Sequence record: LR881103
From: Escherichia phage vB_KppS-Ant
Length of the DNA: 16,548 nucleotides
Reading direction: 5' to 3' (one strand)
The notes beneath the pieces are model-generated. The model had not been told where the DNA came from, made no database searches, and saw nothing but the letters and a program-made list of their open reading frames with translations. Shown one piece after another: positions 1 to 7,888 of this stretch (position 1 is its first letter; each line of letters opens with the position of its first letter). Made by a program: the position numbers and the translations under genes.

Positions 1-22
1 ACGAAAAGGAAAACAGTAAGTT

Positions 23-379
23 ATGGCAAGACCACCCAAACCGCCCGCTTACCTTGATGAAATCGCGGCGCAGCAGTGGAAAGCAAAGGCGAAGCAACTG
101 GCGGAACGCGGTGATCTGACGCCTGCCGACTGGAACAACCTTGAGCTTTATTGCGTCAACTACTCGATGTACCGCAAAGCCGTGAAGGACCTTGCCGCGC
201 GGGGATTCAGCATTGTGAACAGCCAGGGTGGTGAGAGTCGCAACCCGGCCCTGAGCGCAAAGGCTGATGCCGAAAAAATTCTCATAAAAATGTCGTCTCT
301 GCTGGGCTTTGATCCGGTAAGCCGTCGCCGCAACCCGCCTGAAACTGAAGAGGAAGACGAACTTGACCGCATGGAATGA
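23..379 (+). CDS. terS: Phage terminase small subunit (P27-like family)
   Basis: 118 aa; N-terminal PPKPPAYLD...W, central LTPAD...LE.YC and C-terminal NPAL...GFDPVSRRR pattern typical of P27-type small terminases; sits directly upstream of and overlapping the large terminase. Confidence 0.75.
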   Translation: MARPPKPPAYLDEIAAQQWKAKAKQLAERGDLTPADWNNLELYCVNYSMYRKAVKDLAARGFSIVNSQGGESRNPALSAKADAEKILIKMSSLLGFDPVSRRRNPPETEEEDELDRME

Positions 380-2024
380 TTACGCCATCGCCATAAAATC
401 GGGCGAAATTCCGGCCTGTAAGCGGGTAAAACAGGCCGTCGAAAGGTACTTTTCAGACCTGAATGACCCCCGTTACGTGTTCGATACAGCGACCGTAGAG
501 CGGTTTATTGCGTTCTCCCGGCTTTGTCCTCACGTCAAAGGGCCGTTGCGCGGTCAGCCTATCATGCTGGAGCCGTGGCAGCAGTTCGCCTTTGCTAACC
601 TGCTGGGCTTTAAGGTCAGTGCTACGGGGCGCAGGAAGTACAGCAGCGCCTTTATCGAGGTGCCGCGTAAGAATGCCAAATCCACCGTAGCTGCAATGCT
701 GGCTAACTGGTTTCTGGTGATGGAGCAGGGCCAGCAAGACATTTACACGGCGGCGGTGAGCCGGGATCAGGCTCGTATCGTGTTCGACGATGCCCGTCAG
801 ATGTGCCTGCTGTCAAAACCGCTGAAAAAGCGCGTGAATATTCAGGCTCATAAAATGATTTTCCCGAAGAATAACAGCCTGTTAAAGCCGCTGGCGGCGA
901 AAGCGGCCACCATCGAGGGGACGAATCCCAGCCTGGCTATTGTCGATGAGTACCACCTTCACCCGGATAACGGCGTTTACTCCGCACTTGAGCTGGGTAT
1001 GGGGGCACGTCCTGAAGCGGTTTTATTCGCCATCACCACCGCCGGGAGTAACGTTGTTTCTGCCTGCAAGCAGCATTACGACTACTGCTGTCAGATTCTG
1101 GCCGGGGAAGAGAGCAACGATTCGCTGTTTGTTCTGATTTACGAACTGGACGACGAAAGCGAGGTTGATCAGCCTGAAATGTGGATCAAGGCTAACCCGA
1201 ATCTGGATATCTCCGTTGATGCGGCAAAACTGGAGGCCACTATCCAGAAAGCACGGGGCATCCCGTCGCAATGGGTGGAGATGCTGACCAAACGTTTCAA
1301 TATCTGGTGTCAGGGTTCCACACCGTGGATGGGCGCGGGGGCCTGGGACGCCTGCAAACTCGACTATGAAGAAAGCGAGCTGGCCGGAATGGAATGTTAT
1401 GCAGGTCTGGACTTGTCCTCAACCAGCGATATCACCAGTGTAAATTACGCTTTTCCGTTCGACAGGGAGATTAGGTTACTGACAAGGCACTATCTGCCGG
1501 AAGCGACACTTAATAATGTTTCCAATAAAAACCGCGCCATTTACCGCCAGTGGGTGAAAGCAGGCTGGATTCGTACCACTCCCGGCGACTGCATCGATTA
1601 TGACCGCATCCGCGACGATATTCTGCGCGATGCCGAAACATTCAATATCCGTCTGGTGGGCTTCGATACGTGGAACGCCACGCATCTGCGTACCCAACTA
1701 CAGGGGGCGGGCCTTGAGGTAGAGCCGTTCCAGCAAACCTATCTTAAATTCAGCCCGGTAGCGAAATCGTTTGAAGTGTTCGTTAACCGCAAGGTGGTGC
1801 GCCATCGCGGCGATCCGGTACTGGCCTGGGCGATTGGTAACGTGGTGATGGAGTCCGACGCCAACGCCAATATCAAGCCCAACAAGAAGAAATCCTCCAA
1901 CAAGATTGATCCGGCAGTGGCTGCGTTAATGGCGTTCGGCACATTCCAGGCTGAGCATGAGGATTTTGCATTTGATATGAGCGAAAGCCACAAAGATCGC
2001 CTCAGTCATTTTGACGGGGTGTAA
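363..2024 (+). CDS. terL: Phage terminase large subunit (ATPase/nuclease)
   Basis: 553 aa; Walker A-like VPRKNAKST and Walker B-like LAIVDEYH; C-terminal nuclease-like region; TTG start overlapping the terS 3' end with AGGA 8 nt upstream. Confidence 0.85.
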   Translation: MTAWNDYAIAIKSGEIPACKRVKQAVERYFSDLNDPRYVFDTATVERFIAFSRLCPHVKGPLRGQPIMLEPWQQFAFANLLGFKVSATGRRKYSSAFIEVPRKNAKSTVAAMLANWFLVMEQGQQDIYTAAVSRDQARIVFDDARQMCLLSKPLKKRVNIQAHKMIFPKNNSLLKPLAAKAATIEGTNPSLAIVDEYHLHPDNGVYSALELGMGARPEAVLFAITTAGSNVVSACKQHYDYCCQILAGEESNDSLFVLIYELDDESEVDQPEMWIKANPNLDISVDAAKLEATIQKARGIPSQWVEMLTKRFNIWCQGSTPWMGAGAWDACKLDYEESELAGMECYAGLDLSSTSDITSVNYAFPFDREIRLLTRHYLPEATLNNVSNKNRAIYRQWVKAGWIRTTPGDCIDYDRIRDDILRDAETFNIRLVGFDTWNATHLRTQLQGAGLEVEPFQQTYLKFSPVAKSFEVFVNRKVVRHRGDPVLAWAIGNVVMESDANANIKPNKKKSSNKIDPAVAALMAFGTFQAEHEDFAFDMSESHKDRLSHFDGV

Positions 2025-2035
2025 GGAGAAAGATT

Positions 2036-4333
2036 ATGGCAGGTAAATCATTAGGCACTCTCACCATTGACCTGATCGCCAGAACCGGCGGTTTTGTCCA
2101 GGGTATGGATAAAGCCGAACGTTCATCACAAAAATGGCGGGATAACGTTAAAAAAGATGCCGCAGCCGTGGGTTCAGCCCTTGCTGCTGTTGGCACAGCC
2201 GCAGCAGCGGCGGCTATCGGTGTTAGTGCCGCTGGTATTGCACTGGTAAAAAATACCTCAGAGCAGATCACTGAAACTGATCGCTGGGCTAAATCGCTAA
2301 AAATGTCTACTCAGGATTTGCTTTCATGGCAGTTTGCTGCTGAGAAAGCAGGGTTGACCGGGGATAATATTGCTGACATCTTCAAGGATATTAACGATAA
2401 AGTCGGCGATGCTGTCCTGAACAAGTCAGGTGAGGCTGCTCAGGCTCTGGATACTCTCGGGCTTTCAGCTGAGAAACTGGCCCAGCAATCCCCTGATAAG
2501 CAGTTACTGGCTATCAGCTCGGCATTGCAAAAAATCCCCTCTCAGGCCGGGAAAACTAATATCCTCGAAAGCCTGGGGAATGACCTGTCAAAAATGCTGC
2601 CGTTGTTCGACAACAATAACGAGAAGCTGAAGCAGTTTATCCAGCTGTCAAAAGATTTTGGTGTCGCTCCGCCCCAGGAGGATATTGATAACCTGGTTAA
2701 GGTTAATCAGTTTTTCCAGGATATTGAGAGCAGTGCACAGGGGTTAAAGATCGAGATTGCCAGTGGCCTGGCTAAAGTAGACCTCTCACCGATTCAGGAT
2801 GGACTTGATGATATCCGGGATGTGTTTACCGATCCTGCTGTTCTGTCAGGTCTGGCAAAGCTGGTCGGAGGGATGGCGGAACTTGTTGGCTGGATGGGTA
2901 AGCTAAGTTCTGAATCTGCTAATTTTCTCAGCCATATATTTGAAGTGCCTGACAGGTTTAAGGCGGGTGGCTGGTACGAGTTTGAAAAAAATCAGAGATT
3001 AGGAGCAATAGCAGATACGCTTCAATCAGATTTAGGGGGAATAACTAAACCATCTTCAAACTCTGAGTTGCCAATAAATAATAACCTGCTCCCCGGGCAG
3101 AGCAATCAGAAACAAACTCAAAAGCCTGATGCTGAGGCAAAAAAACTTGAAAGTGCCTATAAAGCCGTAGAACAGTCATATTTAAAGCAAATTGCGCTGG
3201 TGGATCAGCTAACCGGGAAAACCAAAGACGCCACTGAAGTAGAAAAACTACATTTCGATTTAGTATCTGGTCGTCTGGTTGGGATAAATAAAGAACAGCA
3301 AATCAGGCTTGAGGGCTTGGCCTCAGAAGTTGATAAATATAACGCGTTGTCAAAATTTCGAGATTTGCAGGATGAGTTATTAACTCCAGAAGAAAAATTA
3401 CTTAAAACGACGAGAGAACGTTTTGAAATATTAAAAGATATTCAGGGAATGAAGGGGATCAGCCCTGATGAATATAAAAAAGCAGCAGAAGCCATATCGA
3501 AAGATTCATTTACAGATATGCCTAAATTTAGTGGTCTTGATCCGATGTTTGGCGGTCAATCTGGAGAGTTAAGAAAAGTTGATGACGCACAGAAAGAACA
3601 GGAAAAATGGTATCAGAATCAGCTCGATTTGCTGGAACAGAACCGTCAGGCACGTTCTGACCTTAATGATGAGTGGGATGCCAGAGAGCTTGAACTGAAG
3701 AAAAAACACCAGGATGAAATGAATAAGCTCGATGAAGCCCGTAATCAGCTGATGTTGAGCAGTGTTGTCGATGGGCTTGGTTCTATGGTGGATTTGACCC
3801 GTACAGCTTTTGGTGAGCAATCAGGAGTATACAAAGCCGCGTTTGCAGTTCAGAAAGCCGCGGCTATTGCTCAGTCTGTTATCGCTATCCAGCAGGGGAT
3901 CGCGATGGCGGCTGCAAACCCTTTCCCGTACAACCTTGCAGCGATGGCCAGCGTAGCCGCTTCTACAGCCGGTATTGTGTCGAACATTGCGGCCGTGGGT
4001 ATGGCTCACGATGGTATTGATGCTGTTCCAGAAACCGGAACATGGCTTCTCCAGAAGGGCGAACGCGTAGTCACGGCGAATACCAGCGCGAAACTGGATG
4101 CGACCCTTAACCGTGTCGCCCAGCAATCCACTTCTGGTAATCAGATTTCCCAGGAATTTAATTTTAACGTTAATGGCGATCCTTCTGATGCTCAGATAGC
4201 CATGATGAAGAAAGCGGCCGCTGACGGTGCCAAGATGGGGTATCAAAAGGCGGTCAATTCAGTAATTACTGGTCAGGGTGATTTGCACAAGGCTCTGATG
4301 ACGAAAACTAATTCAGGCAGAAAAATAGGGTGA
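2036..4333 (+). CDS. Tail tape-measure-like protein (lambda gpH family architecture)
   Basis: 765 aa; N-terminal GTLTIDLIARTGGFVQGM segment followed by an Ala-rich hydrophobic stretch; long central charged Lys/Glu/Gln-rich helical region; C-terminal hydrophobic Ala/Gly-rich block then GIDAVPETGTWLLQKGERVVTANTS, which resembles the conserved C-terminal motif of lambda-family tape-measure proteins; strong RBS (AAGGAG) upstream. Confidence 0.65.
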   Translation: MAGKSLGTLTIDLIARTGGFVQGMDKAERSSQKWRDNVKKDAAAVGSALAAVGTAAAAAAIGVSAAGIALVKNTSEQITETDRWAKSLKMSTQDLLSWQFAAEKAGLTGDNIADIFKDINDKVGDAVLNKSGEAAQALDTLGLSAEKLAQQSPDKQLLAISSALQKIPSQAGKTNILESLGNDLSKMLPLFDNNNEKLKQFIQLSKDFGVAPPQEDIDNLVKVNQFFQDIESSAQGLKIEIASGLAKVDLSPIQDGLDDIRDVFTDPAVLSGLAKLVGGMAELVGWMGKLSSESANFLSHIFEVPDRFKAGGWYEFEKNQRLGAIADTLQSDLGGITKPSSNSELPINNNLLPGQSNQKQTQKPDAEAKKLESAYKAVEQSYLKQIALVDQLTGKTKDATEVEKLHFDLVSGRLVGINKEQQIRLEGLASEVDKYNALSKFRDLQDELLTPEEKLLKTTRERFEILKDIQGMKGISPDEYKKAAEAISKDSFTDMPKFSGLDPMFGGQSGELRKVDDAQKEQEKWYQNQLDLLEQNRQARSDLNDEWDARELELKKKHQDEMNKLDEARNQLMLSSVVDGLGSMVDLTRTAFGEQSGVYKAAFAVQKAAAIAQSVIAIQQGIAMAAANPFPYNLAAMASVAASTAGIVSNIAAVGMAHDGIDAVPETGTWLLQKGERVVTANTSAKLDATLNRVAQQSTSGNQISQEFNFNVNGDPSDAQIAMMKKAAADGAKMGYQKAVNSVITGQGDLHKALMTKTNSGRKIG

Positions 4334-4548
4334 TGAAGATGACAGAACTTGAAAGTTTATTTTACGAGATGATGCCGGGTCATATTGCCCACGCGATGAA
4401 AATTGAAGGGGCAAAAATTCTGGCAGAAAGTACGCAGAAAGAGGCCGAACGTCAGTCAACGTTAACCGGCCTGTCTTCTGAGCTTATCATTCAAACTGCG
4501 ATTCAGGCGATCTCTATGCAGATGAAAAACTGGCAAGTAGTCCACTGA
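4330..4548 (+). CDS. Hypothetical small protein (72 aa), start overlaps the tape-measure stop
   Basis: ORF with GTG/ATG starts overlapping the upstream TGA; no recognisable motif. Confidence 0.4.
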   Translation: MMKMTELESLFYEMMPGHIAHAMKIEGAKILAESTQKEAERQSTLTGLSSELIIQTAIQAISMQMKNWQVVH

Positions 4549-4597
4549 CAAGGTTATGGCCCTCAATCGGGGGCCACACTACCAACTGAGGTGCTGC

Positions 4598-4786
4598 ATG
4601 TTAAAAAGAGAAGCTTTAGAGTCTGCCATTATCAGTGCAGCAAAATTGCAGGGGCATGATCTTAACGGGCGAGATCGTCTTATGGTGCGTAATCGCGTTG
4701 CCACTTGCTTGGCTGCGAAAGAACGCCACCGGCAAAGGATGGATGCCGAACCGTATCAATGGAGAAAGCCGGAAAGGCCAAGGTGA
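4598..4786 (+). CDS. Hypothetical small basic protein (about 62 aa; internal ATG of ORF 4556..4786)
   Basis: GAGG 6 nt upstream of ATG at 4598 (the ATG at 4556 has only a 2-nt spacer after AAGG); followed by an intrinsic terminator. Confidence 0.3.
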   Translation: MLKREALESAIISAAKLQGHDLNGRDRLMVRNRVATCLAAKERHRQRMDAEPYQWRKPERPR

Positions 4787-4803
4787 TGAACCCAACCAAT
4801 CAA

Positions 4804-4837
4804 AGCACTGGACTATGTTCTGGTGCTTTTTTATTTG
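4804..4837 (+). terminator. Rho-independent terminator (hairpin then T-tract)
   Basis: agcactgg...ctggtgc stem followed by tttttta ttt immediately after the 4786 stop. Confidence 0.5.
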
Positions 4838-4849
4838 TGCGAGCCAACG

Positions 4850-4871
4850 TGTATAAACATATGTATAAACA
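4850..4871. repeat. Tandem pair of TGTATAAACA decamers (left copy of a 22-bp composite repeat)
   Basis: tgtataaaca-ta-tgtataaaca at 4850..4871, repeated 21/22 at 5083..5104. Confidence 0.7.
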
Positions 4872-4875
4872 CTAA

Positions 4876-4915
4876 TAAAAAAGGCGCTTCCCCATGCCGA
4901 AGAGCGCCTTTTTAA
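4876..4915. terminator. Bidirectional intrinsic terminator-like hairpin flanked by A-run and T-run
   Basis: aaaaaAGGCGCT...AGCGCCTTttt: 8-bp stem (4881..4888 with 4903..4910) with A-tract upstream and T-tract downstream. Confidence 0.5.
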
Positions 4916-5082
4916 ACAAGCATTTAACTGATTGGTATCAGTTCATGCCGTACTGTCATATTAGCTGTTTTCATGCTTTTAGATGATTTTAATATTCATA
5001 TAATAATCAATGTGTTGTATAAATTCATGCCTGTATATTGTTCCAGTGTTTTTCTTTGTTTATGCTATTATGCAAGCAATTC

Positions 5083-5104
5083 TGTATAAACATTTGTATA
5101 AACA
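5083..5104. repeat. Tandem pair of TGTATAAACA decamers (right copy), just upstream of the integrase start
   Basis: tgtataaaca-tt-tgtataaaca at 5083..5104; candidate integrase arm-type sites. Confidence 0.7.
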
Positions 5105-5122
5105 CTTTGGGCTGGGTGGTCT

Positions 5123-6343
5123 ATGGCTGGCGAACTTAACAAACTGAGCGACAGGAAGTTAAAGGGATTACATGGTATCCCGGCCAGTAAGATTGAGTTC
5201 TATGCTGATGGTGCCGGGCTGAGCGCCAAGGTAACTAAAGCTGGTGGTATTAGCTGGGTGTTTACTTACCGACTCGACGGGCAGAAGCTGCATCGTCTTA
5301 CTCTGGGACGATACCCGGATATGAGCCTCAAAGAGGCCCGTTCTTCGCGTGATAAATGCCGCCAATGGCTGGCCTCAGGTAAAGATCCAAAGCACCAGTT
5401 GGCGCTGACCACTCAGGAAACGCTTAAACCGGTCACTGTTAAGGAAGCTATAGAATACTGGATACGCGAATATGCAGAAGAGAACCGCGCGAATGTTGAA
5501 CGGCACAAAGCGGAGCTGCGAAAACACATTTATCCTTATATAGGGAAAATGGCGCTCGCTGACTGTGAAACACGATACTGGCTTGACTGCTTTGACAGGA
5601 TGAAAAAGAAAACTCCAGTCGCCGCAGGTTATGTGTTCCAGATGTGCAAACAAGCCCTGAAATTCTGCCGGGTTCGTCGCTATGCTGTGAGTACCGCGCT
5701 TGAAGATTTAACAATTCCAGATGTCGGTAAAAAACAGGCAAAAAAAGACCGGGTATTAAACGATAAAGAGGCTGGCGATTTATGGGCTGCCATTTCCTCT
5801 GGCACTTGCTTCATGCCTTACTACACCAGGCTACTGACAATCTTAATGGTGTTTGGGTGCCGAACGCAGGAGGCCAGGCTATCAGAGTGGAGTGAATGGG
5901 ATATGGATGCCTGGGTCTGGACAGTTCCCAAAGAGCACAGCAAGGGCGGCGAGAAGATTGTAAGACCTGTGCCGGATGCCATGCGCAAATTCATTGAAAT
6001 ACTGCATGATGAAACGAAACGATCCGGCCTTTTGCTTGGGTCGGTTAAAGGCAGTGAAGCGGTAAGTCAGTGGGGCCGCGGTGTTTATAAAAAGCTGGGG
6101 CATTCTGAACCATGGACACTGCACGATCTAAGACGAACTTTAGCAACGCATATGAATAATATGGGTATAGCACCACACGTTGTCGAACAGTTGTTGGGGC
6201 ACTCAATGCCGGGAGTTATGGCGATTTATAACCGTAGTCTGTACTTGCCTGAGAAACTGGATGCGTTGAATAAATGGTATGACAGACTTGATATTTTATC
6301 AGGTGGATTCACTAACATTGTTTTGTTGAATAGGGCTGAATAA
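5123..6343 (+). CDS. int: Tyrosine site-specific integrase, P4-type (N-terminal arm-binding domain plus C-terminal catalytic domain)
   Basis: 406 aa; N-terminal L.D.K...GL.....G..W.F.YR..G.....LG.YP..SL.EAR...D pattern of P4-like integrases; C-terminal HDLRRT ... LLGH ... Y catalytic signature. Confidence 0.9.
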   Translation: MAGELNKLSDRKLKGLHGIPASKIEFYADGAGLSAKVTKAGGISWVFTYRLDGQKLHRLTLGRYPDMSLKEARSSRDKCRQWLASGKDPKHQLALTTQETLKPVTVKEAIEYWIREYAEENRANVERHKAELRKHIYPYIGKMALADCETRYWLDCFDRMKKKTPVAAGYVFQMCKQALKFCRVRRYAVSTALEDLTIPDVGKKQAKKDRVLNDKEAGDLWAAISSGTCFMPYYTRLLTILMVFGCRTQEARLSEWSEWDMDAWVWTVPKEHSKGGEKIVRPVPDAMRKFIEILHDETKRSGLLLGSVKGSEAVSQWGRGVYKKLGHSEPWTLHDLRRTLATHMNNMGIAPHVVEQLLGHSMPGVMAIYNRSLYLPEKLDALNKWYDRLDILSGGFTNIVLLNRAE

Positions 6344-6993
6344 TGACTAGTTTTCTAAAATTGGGTATTTTCGAGCGAGAAGCCAAAGCCCCGGAACTCA
6401 ATATTAAACAACTTGCACTACTTATGTGTGGGGTAGATCCGACAGTTAAAACTGCTGATATCCCTGAGGCGAAAGTTGAAGCTTACAATATATACTATCG
6501 ACAACTGAGTAGATGGTTATCAGCATCTAAATTATTTCGAGGTGGAAACTCAACAGCCTATCCCGCAGACTATATGTTTGCTCTGGCATATCCTCTTATT
6601 GATGAAGATATTACACCACAACCCATAAAGGACAGATGCCTTGCAGCGGTGGCTATAATTGCTAATCAAAACAAAGGAAAAGAGCATCTTTATGCTATGG
6701 GAGGGGATGAGCTTTTACAGGTCGGAATTGCATTGAAAAGCAGCAAACGCGGCTTGCATCGTAAAGAAGATGAAAAGGAATATAATGATAAATTAATGGG
6801 GATGCTGGTCAAGCTTATAGCACATAAGATAGGCCATTCGTTTGGCACCTCTAAAAAACCAAGCATCTCGGCTATTTTAAACGAACTATATAAATTAGCT
6901 GATGAGGAAGGTATATCTAAAACTGGATTATCCAAATCAGCAATATATGATAAAATTCGCAAGGCATTAAATTCGATTTATTATACGGAATGA
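6343..6993 (+). CDS. Hypothetical protein (216 aa), AT-rich cargo gene translationally coupled to int
   Basis: Start overlaps the int stop (TAATG); codon composition visibly more AT-rich than the neighbouring core genes; no recognisable catalytic motif. Confidence 0.55.
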   Translation: MTSFLKLGIFEREAKAPELNIKQLALLMCGVDPTVKTADIPEAKVEAYNIYYRQLSRWLSASKLFRGGNSTAYPADYMFALAYPLIDEDITPQPIKDRCLAAVAIIANQNKGKEHLYAMGGDELLQVGIALKSSKRGLHRKEDEKEYNDKLMGMLVKLIAHKIGHSFGTSKKPSISAILNELYKLADEEGISKTGLSKSAIYDKIRKALNSIYYTE

Positions 6994-7129
6994 ATATTAT
7001 TTTGCAGTGTTAGTGGGTGTTATTTATATTTCATGTGAAAATACTAATTAATTATATTTGTTGGAGCTTTTGGCGATTCTATGATCGCCAAGGAGATTCA
7101 ATTGTTATATTTGATGTTTATTACAGTTA

Positions 7130-7229
7130 CATTCAACAGCATTCAACAGCATTCAACAGCATTCAACGACACGTAACGACACGTAATGACACGTAACGGC
7201 ACCCGACAGCACCTAACAATACCTAGCTC
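7130..7229. repeat. Array of ten contiguous 10-bp units (CATTCAACAG x3, then progressively diverged copies)
   Basis: cattcaacag at 7130, 7140, 7150; cattcaacga, cacgtaacga, cacgtaatga, cacgtaacgg, cacccgacag, cacctaacaa, tacctagctc follow with strict 10-bp period. Confidence 0.8.
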
Positions 7230-7270
7230 CATCCACGGTCTCTACTAGGTCATTACTTGCTAACTTTTTC

Positions 7271-7337
7271 CATCTTTGTTCATGGTTATTCATCACTGTT
7301 CATCAGCGTTCATCATTGTTCATCTTTGTTATGAACA
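7271..7337. repeat. Second 10-bp-periodic array: TGTTCATC-type units (about 5 direct copies plus 1 inverted copy)
   Basis: catctttgtt catggttatt catcactgtt catcagcgtt catcattgtt catctttgtt then atgaaca; the unit is one mismatch from the TGTTCACC octamer clustered at 11720..11950. Confidence 0.75.
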
Positions 7338-7379
7338 ATCCAAGGCGAATCAAATCGTTAAAGAACGGTGATCTTCGGC

Positions 7380-7583
7380 GAGTTATTGAAATTCATGATT
7401 TTTTCTCTCGCGACAGCCGTTGAAATTACTGTGGAAATTGTTTTCAACAGGGGAGCGTTATCTTGATGGAATTTCTATCTTTCAATGGAATTGCGTGTTC
7501 TTTTAAAGGATTCCAGAATCAATGGAAATGCTGGTCGTTTATCCACTAATCTCTTCGCATAACATTGAAACAGTGGAGGCAGC
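7380..7583 (+). promoter_or_regulatory. alpA upstream regulatory region with dispersed TGGAA(A/T)T and TTGAAATT repeats
   Basis: gtggaaattg (7431), tggaattt (7467), caatggaattg (7483), caatggaaatg (7520); ttgaaatt at about 7386 and 7421; promoter not confidently placed. Confidence 0.3.
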
Positions 7584-7868
7584 ATGCAAAATATAACCTT
7601 TACCCCGCCAAATCCTGAACAACGCCGCACCCTTTTAGAAGAGTACGGCTTTAAGTTTGATCGCCGAATCCGTGAAGATGAATGCAGCGAGATCACCAGT
7701 CTTTCCCGTTCCAGCCGCTGGAAGATGGAACAGCAGGGGCGCTTCCCTCCGCGCTGTCACTTTGGCCGCAATAGCTGTGCTTGGCTTCTTTCGGATGTGC
7801 TCTGGTGGGTTCGTAATCCGCCAGCAGTAGAGAACGTCAATAACCCATACAGCCGTAAATCTGCTTAA
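7584..7868 (+). CDS. alpA: AlpA-family phage transcriptional regulator (excisionase-like HTH)
   Basis: 94 aa; ...SEITSLSRSSRWKMEQQGRFPPRCHFGRNSCAWLLSDVLWWVRN matches the AlpA-family HTH pattern; GGAGG RBS; position downstream of int as in P4-like and PICI elements. Confidence 0.7.
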   Translation: MQNITFTPPNPEQRRTLLEEYGFKFDRRIREDECSEITSLSRSSRWKMEQQGRFPPRCHFGRNSCAWLLSDVLWWVRNPPAVENVNNPYSRKSA

Positions 7869-7888
7869 TTAACCACAGGTAATCTGAG

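Noticed and set aside
3821-4246. 141-aa minus-strand ORF inside the tape-measure-like gene
   Set aside because: Antisense to the conserved C-terminal region of the plus-strand protein; no independent support.
4876-5122. tRNA or tmRNA 3' end as integration core next to the P4-type integrase
   Set aside because: No tRNA-like stem-loops or T-arm/CCA motif recognisable by eye; only a terminator-like hairpin. Cannot exclude a short core matching a host gene without a genome search.
7130-7229. Tandem decamer array as a possible CRISPR array
   Set aside because: Units are contiguous 10-bp repeats with no spacers and decay gradually; no cas genes nearby. Better explained as iteron or binding-site array.
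7539-7547. DnaA-box-like TTATCCACT upstream of alpA
   Set aside because: Single 8/9 match to the DnaA box consensus with no cluster or adjacent AT-rich unwinding element; likely chance.
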